Source of the DNA: Eutreptiella sp. 'Long Island Sound 2002'
Taxonomy: Eukaryota > Protista > Euglenida
Assembly: GCA_964036045.1 (NCBI GenBank)
Contig: OZ038378.1
Coordinates: 13,020,001 to 13,084,000 of the forward strand
Reading direction: 5' to 3'
Length of the DNA: 64,000 bases
Shown piece by piece: positions 11,385 through 23,700 of the stretch. Below the pieces are notes generated by a model that did no database searches, had not been told where the DNA came from, and saw only the letters and a program-made list of their open reading frames with translations. The position numbers and the translations under genes were made by a program. Each line of letters begins with the position of its first letter. The first letter of the stretch is position 1.

Positions 11385-12655
11385 TATACCTTTGGTTTGT
11401 ACAAATTTCATGTGATGTGAAATTTCCCAAAACCCCCCAAAACTCATTAACCCCCCTTATTGACCCCACACTGACTTGGTAACCCAACTCATTAAAGGGG
11501 GCACACCAACCCACGATAACCCCTCTTTTGACTCAGCAACACCCCCAACCCCTATGGACCCCCTTACTTACTCAGTAACCCCTGTCCCCCTTACGGCGTT
11601 TTGACTAATGCCACATCGGAGCACAAAAAATGTGGCAAACATCACAAGTATCATTAAACCATTCGTCGCTTGCGTGCGAGGCCTCCCCATGTCCTGCCTT
11701 GAACTTGCGCATTTATACACCCCCCCGCGAGTGCATCCGTATTGGGTCATACAACATCATGTCACCCATGGCTTCTTCAAGCACCACCCTCTTATACAAG
11801 TTTTCAACCAAACGTTGAAAGTCCGGATGTGGCATTCAATGATGGTGGACACCAAGTACGAATACTTGTACATCCCTAAAATTTTGCCACCATGGCACGC
11901 GACCTAATGGGCCCACAATGTGGGCTTCCAGCCCAAGGCACTGCAACACTCACCCAACTTGTGGGCTTGTGCCTGAGCTTGGGCAATTTGAGTGGAGGTC
12001 AGGTAATCCCTCCAAAGACTATACATAGTCGGAGGCCATAATTTTTTGATTTTGTTCATGGGCATGCCAATTTCGGCATCCGGCACCTGTGTCAAATGCT
12101 CATACTTTGCAAAGAGCAACTTGATTTGAAAGCATGGCACATTTTGAGTGCCGGGTAGCGATATCCAACATGAAATTTGTTAGAACACAAACGGCATGCT
12201 TGTCAAACGGGGGAACTCACTTTAATTGATCCAAAATCCGTGTCCCCGGGGAAATCAAAATACACACTCACGTGCTTCACCACAACACCTTGCTTGACAA
12301 ACCTATTGCCTTCCCCAAAGCCCCGTTTGTCCACCAACTTGTTGACGTGCTTCACCCAAAGCAATACATGTGGGAAGGCAGCCAACAACCCAGCCTTCGC
12401 GCACCCCGGCCACACAAGGTCTCAAAAAGAACATAAAAACGTGGATGCAAGGCAAAGTGCAAAACTCAATAAGGGGGGTCCGTAAGGGGGTTATTGAGTC
12501 AGTAAGGGGTTCACCGAGTCAGTAAAGGGGGGTCGGCAAGGGGGCTGACTGCTCAGTGAACGGGTTACTGACAAGTGGTTAGTGACCCCGTTTATTGACC
12601 CAAAAAAGGGGGGGGGGGTAGTTAACATTTTTCAACTTTGTCAACCAAGTGCGGA
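11385..12655 (-). mobile_element. Putative non-autonomous DNA transposon with inverted subterminal repeat arrays and a degraded internal coding remnant
   Basis: CCCC(C)TTA...GACTCAG(T/C)AAC-type repeats at ~11450-11595 mirror (T)AAGGGG...GAGTCAGTAA repeats at ~12470-12600. There are weak terminal IRs at ~11391-11420 / 12620-12647. The internal minus frame has in-frame stops (LWAH*VACHGGKILGMYKYSYLVSTIIECH). Confidence 0.45.
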
Positions 12656-13994
12656 GGGGTGCACATGTCTCACCCAATTTGGGGTATGCAGAACACCAAT
12701 ATGTACATGGGTTGTAGCAAATCACATAGATGTGCAATTTGCACAAACGTGGTGATGCCAGAGGTGTCCATTTTGGAGGGGTGACTATGCCCCCTTACCT
12801 TGGGACACCCCATGGGCCTCGAGGAAGGAAGGCCTGGTCGAGATCTTCGTGAATGGCGAGAGGTCGATTGGCGTTGCCAAGAGAGCAGGAAGATTGCACG
12901 GCTTTGTCCCATGCAAACCCTACTCATACTACACGCAATGTAGTTTCCCCCAACACAGGGGCCTTTCACACGTAGCCACAAGCGTAGCCCAGTTGGGCCT
13001 CCATAAAAGAAGGCCTTCTCAAGCGTGAGTGTCCCAAAGCGGCCTGTCACTAACACGGCCGGGGGAATGGCTGTCGTGAACACTCTGCCATGGGCATTCT
13101 ACATTGCAGATTAATCCTGTGTGGACTTTTACTTAATTAATGTGTCGGGGCCAGGCCCTGCCACCAAGAAGAAATGGAAACGGGAGGCCAACATAGCGGC
13201 TTGGTGGATCTTTGTGACCAATGTCGGCCTCGGCCAAGGAAGCCTTGGTCCTATAACCCCCTCCACTACATACCGCCGACCATCCATGGATCACAGCCAC
13301 CGAAACCCAACTCCTTCCCACTACTACCTACTGTTTTGGATCAATACAATGCGGAATAACACTAAGGGCAGTGCAACACATAGTGAAAGCACAAAGAGCA
13401 AACGTTCTCAAACAGCCATAACCCTGCGTGAGTACTGCATGTTCTCTTTGTCGGTTGACCATAGTTTGCGGAGATGTGCAGATGCATGAATGCAATGCAT
13501 ATGGAAACACATTGTTTCAACGCACACACCCTTTATGGTGTGTACAGGCGCCCCATACAAAGGCCCATGAACATCATTCTGGCGGTTATGTACATCTACC
13601 TAGCCTCAGTGCGGTCGCACGACAACACTGGACACAAAGTGTGTACGTTTCTACTTGCTCCCCATATTGTCCTTGCCCTAAAAGAGAAGTGTCCTCGGCA
13701 GTGAACCGGTGACTGGGCTGGTAGATACCTGACCCGCTGTGTGTTGTGTGGCTATTCATCCGTGTCTGTAAGCTCATCATACATCTCCTAGAGGTCCCTA
13801 CGTATGAACCACAGCCTGGCCTGTTCTAAGGCAACGTCTAGGATTCCCTCCCTCCACACATCCATTGGTGGTGGGGCGACGTTCACGCAATGATGTTGGA
13901 AGTCATGGCGGTATTTCAAATAGAGCCACGGCTCCTCGTCGCTCAGCGCAAAAAATCCTCCCTCCCCAAGTGCACGACGCACGAGGTTTGGAAC

Positions 13995-14385
13995 CTCGAT
14001 TTCCCTTGTGTTCTTGTTGATGTTGTAGTCGCCGAACGCACCGCGGATTGTGTGTCCCAAGGCACGGCGGATAGGCACATGCCCACCAACGACAGAAGTG
14101 ATCTTCTTTTGTGCATCCTCACCCTTGAATAGCATCAACATGATGCGGTTCGGATAGCCACGTTGGACGGAATGCTTGTTGCGCAACTCCGTGTCTATGA
14201 ACCCGGCCATGGCTTGGCGATAGTCCTCCTCTGTGGCATTCTTCTTCAATGCCTGCAGATATTCGTCAACCATCTGGTCCGAGGGCATGATCATGCGCGC
14301 ACCCACGAGTTGAAGCCCGGGCACCGCAAGGAGCCGCGCAAGGATCGAGCCTTCCAGTGACTTTGCAAGAGCGTTTGGAGTTATC
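13995..14385 (-). CDS. Exon of tandem-domain NDP-kinase-like gene, N-terminal NDK-like domain (ITPNALAKSLEGSILARLL...GHTIRGAFGDYNINKNTREIE)
   Basis: Translation shows an NDK N-terminal pattern (ITP..., LQLVGARM, IMLMLFKGEDA, GHTIRGAFGD). Putative acceptor AACAG|G at 14386/14385; donor GAG|GT at 13995/13994 joins in phase 0 to the next exon. The upstream exon or true start was not identified. Confidence 0.85.
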
Positions 14386-17300
14386 CTGTTCCACACGAGA
14401 GGAGTGTGGGTGCGCCATGACATCTTCCTACCCAGGACGGAGAATGAGGGTGTGGGAAGTGAAATTTAGGGAATGTTTCACAACACCCTATGTTACTTAG
14501 GAAACATGCATCTGTCCATCACTGTTCACACAAGCAACATGCATTTTGGGGGGGGGGGGGTCAAGACAATCACTTGAGTAGTATTTTTTACATAGTGCCA
14601 AGTATTTTTGCTTGGTTGCCACATTTTTCAACATTAATTAATAACATGAAGAGTGGGGGGGTAGGGGGTTCAGGACTGGGCAATCAGATCCATGCGGAGT
14701 GGACCCCACCCCCCAAAAGGATTGGCACGGATCGTGGATCGGGGGTCCAACCCCCCCCCCCCCCCCCGAAGAAGGGCCTAGATTGAAAATTTCAAAGGCC
14801 ACCAAAAGCCCCAAAAGAAAAAAAATTGGTCAAAGCGCACCTGTTGTTGTGGTTCAACATGCACGCACAAAGCAAACAAAATCCGGTGTTGTGGTGCAAG
14901 ACGTGGTGCAAGACGCAATTGCAGGTACAATCTAGTGGACGACCTATCTCCTCATTCTACCTACTTCATGGAGGTAGTGGATCGGACCGTGGCTCATGGA
15001 TCGGAGTTCCGGAACCGCCCACCCCTCCTACCAAGGGCTTGAGTACCGTAACATGCTGTGAAACATTCCCTAAGGGGGAGTGACCCAGCTTCCAAGTCAA
15101 GTGCCCAAAAGGTTTTTGCTTTTTCCTCGGTTCCAGGAATGGAAGGTGGATCCGCTCAAATTTGCATGTGCATGTGCATGTGTGAGGAATGCACACACCG
15201 TGCATATGCGTGTGAAACACAATGCCACAAGCAACAAGCATAAGCAGTGTCAACAACACATGATGTGCAATGCAGTGGCAACGGCAGCACAATCAGTTGG
15301 TGGAAACAACATTTGCAGGTACAACACGTGCGTGCACATTTGCATGTGCAGGTGCATGTGTGTGTGGTGGCATGCGACCCCTTTGCCCATTGGGCCAAGG
15401 AGGGAGGGTGGGGTGGTGGGAGTCATTGCGTCCATGGCCCAGTCCTTTGTGGTATGGGACATCCGAGAAAAATATTTCCATTGCTCATCGAAAACCTATG
15501 TAATCTGACGTTGTTGTACTTTGGCAGTCAAAGGGTGGATTCACCTTGGTGATAGTTGCAAGGTGACCGGGGACGTGACTAACTAGCATGTGACAAGGGT
15601 GGCGTGTGTTGATAACTCGACATTTGCAAAGGTATCACCTTACCACATGAAATTGTTATGTTGGATGAGTCACTCTTGCGCACTATTGAACGCCACATAG
15701 GTCGTGATGAAAGGATCATTCAAAACTTGGTACCCATTTTACGAATGTGAATAGCCAGGGTCGCAAAATGCATCCAAATACCAGCAAAAGGTCAACTCTT
15801 CGTTCTCTTTGAAGTCGCTCGTGGTCGTGGTGCGATTCGCCAAAACAAAGGTGCACCGCCTTGCACACAAAGCGTGCATGGCACGTGGCGCATGCATCAA
15901 CCGAGAAAGCATTTTGAGTGTGCCTTGAAGCTGTGGCGGGTTGCAGCGCTCCAATACCACGAGGTGGCAGACGAACAAAGGAAAAGTGAATGATGTACAA
16001 TTGAAAAGTCAATGATGTTAGGTGACCAATGGCAAACACGTCGCATCATGGTGTGGACATCCCGCCAAAATGTGAAGAGACTCATGGTCATGCTGTGTTT
16101 GCCGAAGTGAATTCACCCTAACTCAACATCATCTACCGTTGAGGCCCCATCAAATATTCATACCTCCATTCGGTGGTTGAAAAGCAAGCAAGCCGACTCT
16201 TTGTGTGCACCTACAAACACCACACAACTACTCCAGCATGCAAACAAGCACCAACTCCTCAGCCAAATCAAGTGAACATGGCAGGGTCTGGACATAGTGA
16301 GGCAGATGCAAATGGATCCACAATTTTGCTGCACATCAAATGCTCAGGTGGCCCATCACATTATAAATGCACACCAACATTCCTTGCAAGTGCATGTCAC
16401 TCGTGCCTCTCCATGCCCTTCCCCATCTCTGTCGTGGCGCATCCCATGACCACCAAGGGGGTGTGGAAGGAGAATGGCGTACACAATCACGATGCCTTGA
16501 TTGTCATGATTTTCACACGAGGTCGGTACGCTCAATGCCCAATTCACATGCATCATAGCATTGCACACACGTTGTAAGCAAATGGGCAGCAAGAGGGAAC
16601 ACTCCCTCGAGCAAACGAGAACAAGGAGGAGAGAAGGCAAGTACCACGTTGGACCCGCCCCGCCCAACTTGGTGGAACCACGGGCCGGGTTCTGGTACCT
16701 ACTTTTGTTGCCGGTAGGTGGAGCGTTGCCCCAAGGTCTCAACAAATGGTTGACGATTTGCTTGTTCCCGTACTCAAGACCTTAAATTCATGCTTTTTTG
16801 GGTCCGTATGTGGATACCTTTGGATAGGAGTCTCTTGAGGCACGAAAGGGGATGAAGGGAAGGCGAGGGCATTGCACAAGACACAAGGGAAGCAGCTCTT
16901 GTTAGCAGTTATGGTACATCTTCTGCCGCTCTTCCGTACTTGTTTTGTAGAGAGAGGAATGCATTGGGTTGTGATGGTCTTCAGAAAAAATATAGTTTGG
17001 TTTCCGCACCCCTTCAAAAAAACAAAACTGGTTTGGTAGGTTTGGTAACTAGGGGTGTGCGTGTGCGTCCCTAGAACGGATGAAGGCTGGAACCGTCTCC
17101 CCGGAACCACGTCTCCAATTGCTCCCTTGCTCCCCTGTAGTCCAAGTTCGTGGGGTTGGCCCCCAACCTTTTACCCTAAGTACTCAAAGAGTTCGAAATT
17201 TCCACAAAGATACACTGTCAAATCGAGGATTGGCTTCGGCGCTTCACCAAGCAGTGCATGGGGTGGACAGATACTTGCAAAACACATTCCCAGCACTTCA

Positions 17301-17699
17301 GCCACTGGTCTCAAGATTTCGAGGAACTGGCTACGCTTACGACCTGTACTTCAGCCCAAGTCAGCAGATCCTTACACCCCCAACACAGTGAAAGCCTGAC
17401 AAGAACAAATTAAGTTGCAAGCTGAGCAAGCGGGCATTGGCGAGCGCGTGTGCCGCGCGCAACCAAGCACAAACCCTCTGAATCTTTGAAAATTGTGCTG
17501 AACGTAGTCTTAAAATCATTCGCCAACTGATTTTCCTCAAAATCGAAACCTGTATGTAACGGCGGAATAATTTCTGCATTTGCGTGTCTCTCAAAATGCT
17601 GTGAATTTGGCCGTGTTCCCTGTCTTGCGACAACGCAATTTGAGAAGCACGTCACCTCAAATTTTGACTTCAACCGTCATAATATTGTTTCGCAACTCA

Positions 17700-17720
17700 T
17701 ATTCGTTCTCCATGGTGCAG
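17700..17720 (+). promoter_or_regulatory. Putative spliced-leader trans-splice acceptor
   Basis: Pyrimidine-rich tract ending in TGCAG (17716-17720), 7 nt before the ATG at 17728. Splicing here would remove an out-of-frame upstream ATG at 17712. Inference from euglenozoan gene structure. Confidence 0.45.
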
Positions 17721-17727
17721 CCACAAC

Positions 17728-17755
17728 ATGGCGCACTACGTCACCGGCAGCGGAG
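17728..17755 (+). CDS. First coding exon (MAHYVTGSG)
   Basis: ATG at 17728; donor G|GTGTGT at 17755/17756; joins CTCAG|GT at 17880 to give GGT and an open frame into the V/P/E/R-rich exon. Confidence 0.7.
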
Positions 17756-20700
17756 GTGTGTTGAGTGTATCGCCAATTCTGAATTTTTCCGTAGCCAGTG
17801 TTGTGCAATGCGGTTTCGGTAGTTTAATTCGCCGACTACCGTTCTGCAGCGTTCACTCATCAGTGCCTAACATCCTCAGGTGTCTCCGTTGTCGAGAGCC
17901 GAGACGCCATCACCGTGACAGAACCGGGTGCCCGTGCAGGCTATAGCCGATATGCAACGGCTGAACCGGTTACACGAAGTTATGTTCGCAACGAACCAAT
18001 TATTCGATCCTATGTACGAGACGAACCTACTACTAGTGTGAGATCCTACGTGTCGGAGCCAGCCCCGGTGGTTGTGAGAGAGCCTGTGTCCCCTGTGGTG
18101 GTCCGGGAGAATTGGGCTCCTTCTTCGCCAGTCCGTGTGGTTGAACCTTTGCGGGTCGTGGAACGCGTTGTGGAGCCTATCTATTCGGAGCCTATCCGGA
18201 TTGTGGAGGACCCTGTTCGCTATGTCGACGAGCCCATCCGGGTCGTGGACCAGCCTCGCCGCATTCTGTCCGAGCAGACAGGGACTTCAAGCGACTGGGT
18301 CGTGGTGGAGAAGCCAGCCAGGTGTGCTTCACAGTAGGCATATCGGCTTGGCCGCACTGCACTGCACGAATTTACACGCATTTGTAAGAGGATAGCTTAC
18401 TCGACTTGCAGTCGCGTCCACCTGCAATGTAAGGCTTCAATCGGTTCGGTCATCCTGCGTTGGCAACACAAGTCAGAAGAAGTGAACGCCCCAACCTGTT
18501 CCTGGCGCTGCCCCGACGCTCAGTGTAACAGCGTGCAAAGTGTAGATTATGCCTCACGGAAAACGTGCAACCGCTGCCAGCAACCCCAGACTTCAATTGT
18601 GAGTAACGGGTGGGCATCGGCACAACCTCCAATGCTGTGCAGCCAACTTCGCGTTGTCTCGGCATTCGCGTTGTGCCTGACCTGGCGCAATCCGTTCACG
18701 CCCCGCTGCCAGCACGGCTGATGACGGGCCTTGGGCTCTGCTTGCAGAGACAAAGTTTGGAGTCCAAATGTCAACGGGGGGGTTAGGCATTCGCATGCTC
18801 GCGAATTGTCAGCATGACGGGTGGGAAACGGATGCGAGTTGTGTGCCATGCACCACGCGCAACTTTCTGACCCCGACGTTAGTCCAGCAGTCAAACAACG
18901 CGCGTGGACACAAGACCTCCACCGTAGTGGATTTCGTCCAAATTTGTTGCAGACAGCCACTTCTTCGCAGGGAGGAATGAGTCTAGGGGCCGCAAGGGGC
19001 CAACCAACACAAGGTTTGTGGGGGCAAGGTCTGCGATTAACCGACGGTGGCTGGGGCTGGCCACTTGCGTCACTGACGAGACTCAGCTAGCAGTTGGGCT
19101 GCCAACCGCCAGCCTGGGTGCGACGTTTTTTTTCTCTTCGTTACAAAAGCGGTAAACGTACAGAACAAGCGTCACCGTCCACAGCACAATTCAGGCTGTT
19201 AAAAATCAGGCTCGCAGCAAACGCCAAAGAGCAACAGAACCCTCCTCCTGGGAGCCGCGAAATGTAACCCCGAGCCAGCCCGGCGTGTTTGAGCAGCCGC
19301 CGATCTCCGTGGAGGCCACAGACCACTGCCACAGGCACAGTGTTGAGGAACACTGTGCTCGCTTGGCAGGGCGCGTGGTGTTGCTTGGGCACTCAGCCTA
19401 GGCTGCATTGTGAATCCATCAGCGGAAGAGCTCTTCAAGTGCTCTATGCACAGTCGCTTGGATTTGCCCTGCTGATCTTGGCTGCTTCACAGACATCCGA
19501 AACCTATCTCGTCGAATCAGGGAAGGCGTGGAATTAGAGCACATGCACCGAGCACATGCACCAGCAAAGCATTTTCTGTTTGAAGTAGATTTTTTCGCCT
19601 GTTCTGTTCTGCAGTGCAAGCGGCAGCGTGATTCGGCACAGCGTGGTGAGTTCGACTGGTGTTAAGACAGCCGACGGGCGGTACATTATTGGAGAGTCAG
19701 GGTATGCACATGTCATTGTGCAGTACAGTCTCGCCCGACGTGCAAGGTCCAAGTCCGAGATTACTTTCGACGATTGAAGAGTCGAGGAAATCTTTTCGCT
19801 GGCCCGTGCGGACTCTGGGGACCCGGCAGCGCAGCGACATTTTAAATATCTCACAGCGGCAATTTGTTAAGCCAGGATTGTCGTGTTCTGTTCTCGTGTT
19901 CTGTGGTGATATTGAAAAGAAATTCCTCCGGGTAGCCCTGACTAATTCGGGACTTGTCTTCCATTCAGCACACTAGAGTGAAGCCACTCCGGATCAGCAC
20001 AGAAATGTCAAGAAGAAAATCCACTCTTCATCCACTTGCGTCCTTGTTATCACTGGCTTGAATAATCAACGCCGAATGCATTTCGGTCCATTGCTCCTGA
20101 ACCCTTCTCAATTTTCTGTTAGTTTGGAGGCTTCTGAGAGTGGCATCATCCGCCTTCCCGACGGCAGAATCAAATACGCTGATGGAACCATCAAGGCGGG
20201 CTTCCCACAACGCACAGCGTATGTCGGTGATGTTGTTGGGTGATGTCTTTTTTACCCTACCCGTCGGTTCTTAGACCCATATGCGTCTTTCGTCGACAGC
20301 GGCCCCCGAAACAACCGCAGAGACCAACACAGACGAAACCATAGCGGAACAACACAACACAACACAAGATAACGCCAAACCCACATTCTGAGGCTCAGCT
20401 GTATGTCGTCGAACCTTTGCATGTTTGAGGTCTAAAATTCACGCTGGTGGGATTTCGTGCATTTTCGCTCAGAGGACACCTTTGTGTACACGTGCCTTTT
20501 CAGTTTGCAGGGCAGCATTGTGACTTTGGCCGACGGCACGGTGTTGCACCCTGACGGGACTATGGAGTATCCAGATGGCACCGTTCGGAAGCCAAACAAC
20601 ATGACGTACAGGTTTGTCCAGTCGCCTGCCTGGTGCAGCTGGAAATATGCATTCGGCATCCGCTGGATAGAGGCAATAATTTCGACGGCAAAGGCAACAT

Positions 20701-23700
20701 GGCGCAGGCACGAGCCACCGCTGGGGAAGTCGGGTTTTCAACTGGGGGGGGTCAATAGAGCCCCCCAAAACTGTGGGGAAGAGGGGGGGTTCGGGAAAAG
20801 GGCTCAACTGACAGGACCATTAATCAGTTATTATGACCAGCAACCGGTTATTATGAACTCTGGGGCTTTTGAGCACTGAAAATGGTCATTTTTTTCCACC
20901 AAGCACATGGCAAATGATGATTTTTCTGAACTTCCTCGACGCGCTGATTCCAAATTTCCCATTTTCATTTTGCGCCAAATTTTGGGTCAGGGTCGCCTCC
21001 GGGACCCGGGGGGCAGTCTCGGTAGGATCCTGGGGGGCCCGTCAATTGAGCCTTTTGGGGGGGGGGGGGGGCATCTGTGCGACACTTCCCACCCTGCTGC
21101 AATTTGTCCGCTGTTTGGTCAGCTCAACAACCCAAGACTTGAACCTGCGAGCCTGTCACCTGTAGGGCGATCGTCCGGTTTTGGCGTCTGTGTGCCCTGG
21201 GATTGTCTCAACGCAAAAGCGACCTTGCACCTAGAAACGTTCGTCTCCTGTGCAGTTCTGGACCTACTCCTCTTGAGAGTATCAATGCAATGAAGGAATC
21301 CAACGATTCGGCGTTGGCCAAGGTTACGGAACAGTTGGAAAATCTTCAGGTTTGTTCAGCATTTCTCGATGCCCTTCCTTTTTTTTTTCTTTCACCGCGT
21401 TTTGTCGCGGTAAAATTTGACCTCCAGTGAAGTGGGCGTTGCACTGGGTCCACCGGCACAATATAACCATATTTGAATGGTGCTGGACGAGTATTTGATG
21501 TTGAGCACCAATGCAGTGCGTAGCCTGGTTCTGTTGTTCTGTCGTCTGCTCTATTTTGCCCACTTGCGCCCACAAGGCTTCTAAGTATTGCCATTCTCAC
21601 AGCCCAATGTTGTTGCAAACGGTAGCTTTTGTTGTAGCTGAAGACCCAGGGAGGGCTCTGCCCTTGTCTAGCAAGGGCAGAGCGTGAGGTCATCATCTTG
21701 TCATTGGCAGAGCCATCGCCGTGTAGCAGTAATGATGACATGTTTTTGTATGATGACATGTCATGAGGAGGGTGATGTGTCAATGCCATGCATGCCTTTT
21801 TGACTCGACTGCACCCTGCTGTATACCCTATGGTTAGCTGCTTCCACTGGCTATTGGCTGCTGGGGGAGAGATTGTAAGGGCGAATTTCCAATAATTGTC
21901 TTGAGTACTCGGCTATGGACATTTTGAGTCAGTCCCCGCCCAAAAAAAAAATAATGAAAAAGATTGTAAGGCGAATGATGAGTTCATTGTGCTGACAACT
22001 GATGTCTCTTTATCTCCTTTTCACCCCTATCTGATGCCTGTGTTATTCATGTGTGTTGGCTGTTTCAAGATTGTGAGAGCGAATGATGAGTTCATTGTGC
22101 TGACAACTGATGTCTCTTAATCTCCTTTTCACCCCTATCTGATGCCTGTGTTATTCATGTGTGTTGGCTGTTTCAAGATTGTGAGAGCGAATGATGAATT
22201 CATTGTGCTGACAACTGATGTCTCTTAATCTCCTTTTCACCCCTATCTGATGCCTGTGTTATTCATGTGTGTTGGCTGTTTCAAGATTGTGAGAGCGAAT
22301 GATGAATTCATTGTGCTGACAACTGATGTCTCTTATCTCCTTTTCACCCCTATCTGATGCCTGTGTTATTCATGTGTGTTGGCTGTTTCAAGATTGTGAG
22401 AGCGAATGATGAGTTCATTGTGCTGACAACTGATGTCTCTTAATCTCCTTTTCACCCCTATCTGATGCCTGTGTTATTCATGTGTGTTGGCTGTTTCAAG
22501 ATTGTGAGAGCGAATGATGAATTCATTGTGCTGACAACTGATGTCTCTTATCTCCTTTTCACCCCTATCTGATGCCTGTGTTATTCATGTGTGTTGGCTG
22601 TTTCAAGATTGTGAGAGCGAATGATGAATTCATTGTGCTGACAACTGATGTCTCTTATCTCCTTTTCACCCCTATCTGATGCCTGTGTTATTCATGTGTG
22701 TTGGCTGTTTCAAGATTGTGAGAGCGAATGATGAGTTCATTGTGCTGACAACTGATGTCTCTTAATCTCCTTTTCACCCCTATCTGATGCCTGTGTTATT
22801 CATGTGTGTTGGCTGTTTCAAGATTGTGAGAGCGAATGATGAATTCATTGTGCTGACAACTGATGTCTCTTATCTCCTTTTCACCCCTATCTGATGCCTG
22901 TGTTATTCATGTGTGTTGGCTGTTTCAAGATTGTGAGAGCGAATGATGAATTCATTGTGCTGACAACTGATGTCTCTTAATCTCCTTTTCACCCCTATCT
23001 GATGCCTGTGTTATTCATGTGTGTTGGCTGTTTCAAGATTGTGAGAGCGAATGATGAATTCATTGTGCTGACAACTGATGTCTCTTAATCTCCTTTTCAC
23101 CCCTATCTGATGCCTGTGTTATTCATGTGTGTTGGCTGTTTCAAGATTGTGAGAGCGAATGATGAATTCATTGTGCTGACAACTGATGTCTCTTATCTCC
23201 TTTTCACCCCTATCTGATGCCTGTGTTATTCATGTGTGTTGGCTGTTTCAAGATTGTGAGAGCGAATGATGAATTCATTGTGCTGACAACTGATGTCTCT
23301 TAATCTCCTTTTCACCCCTATCTGATGCCTGTGTTATTCATGTGTGTTGGCTGTTTCAAGATTGTGAGAGCGAATGATGAATTCATTGTGCTGACAACTG
23401 ATGTCTCTTATCTCCTTTTCACCCCTATCTGATGCCTGTGTTATTCATGTGTGTTGGCTGTTTCAAGATTGTGAGAGCGAATGATGAATTCATTGTGCTG
23501 ACAACTGATGTCTCTTAATCTCCTTTTCACCCCTATCTGATGCCCGTGTTATTCATGTGTGTTGGCTGTTTCAAGATTGTGAGAGCGAATGATGAATTCA
23601 TTGTGCTGACAACTGATGTCTCTTATCTCCTTTTCACCCCTATCTGATGCCTGTGTTATTCATGTGTGTTGGCTGTTTCAAGATTGTGAGAGCGAATGAT

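Noticed and set aside
20905-20950. ATGATGA...CTGA...CTGA as another C/D snoRNA
   Set aside because: Only ~25 nt between the boxes, no C' box and no recognisable guide.
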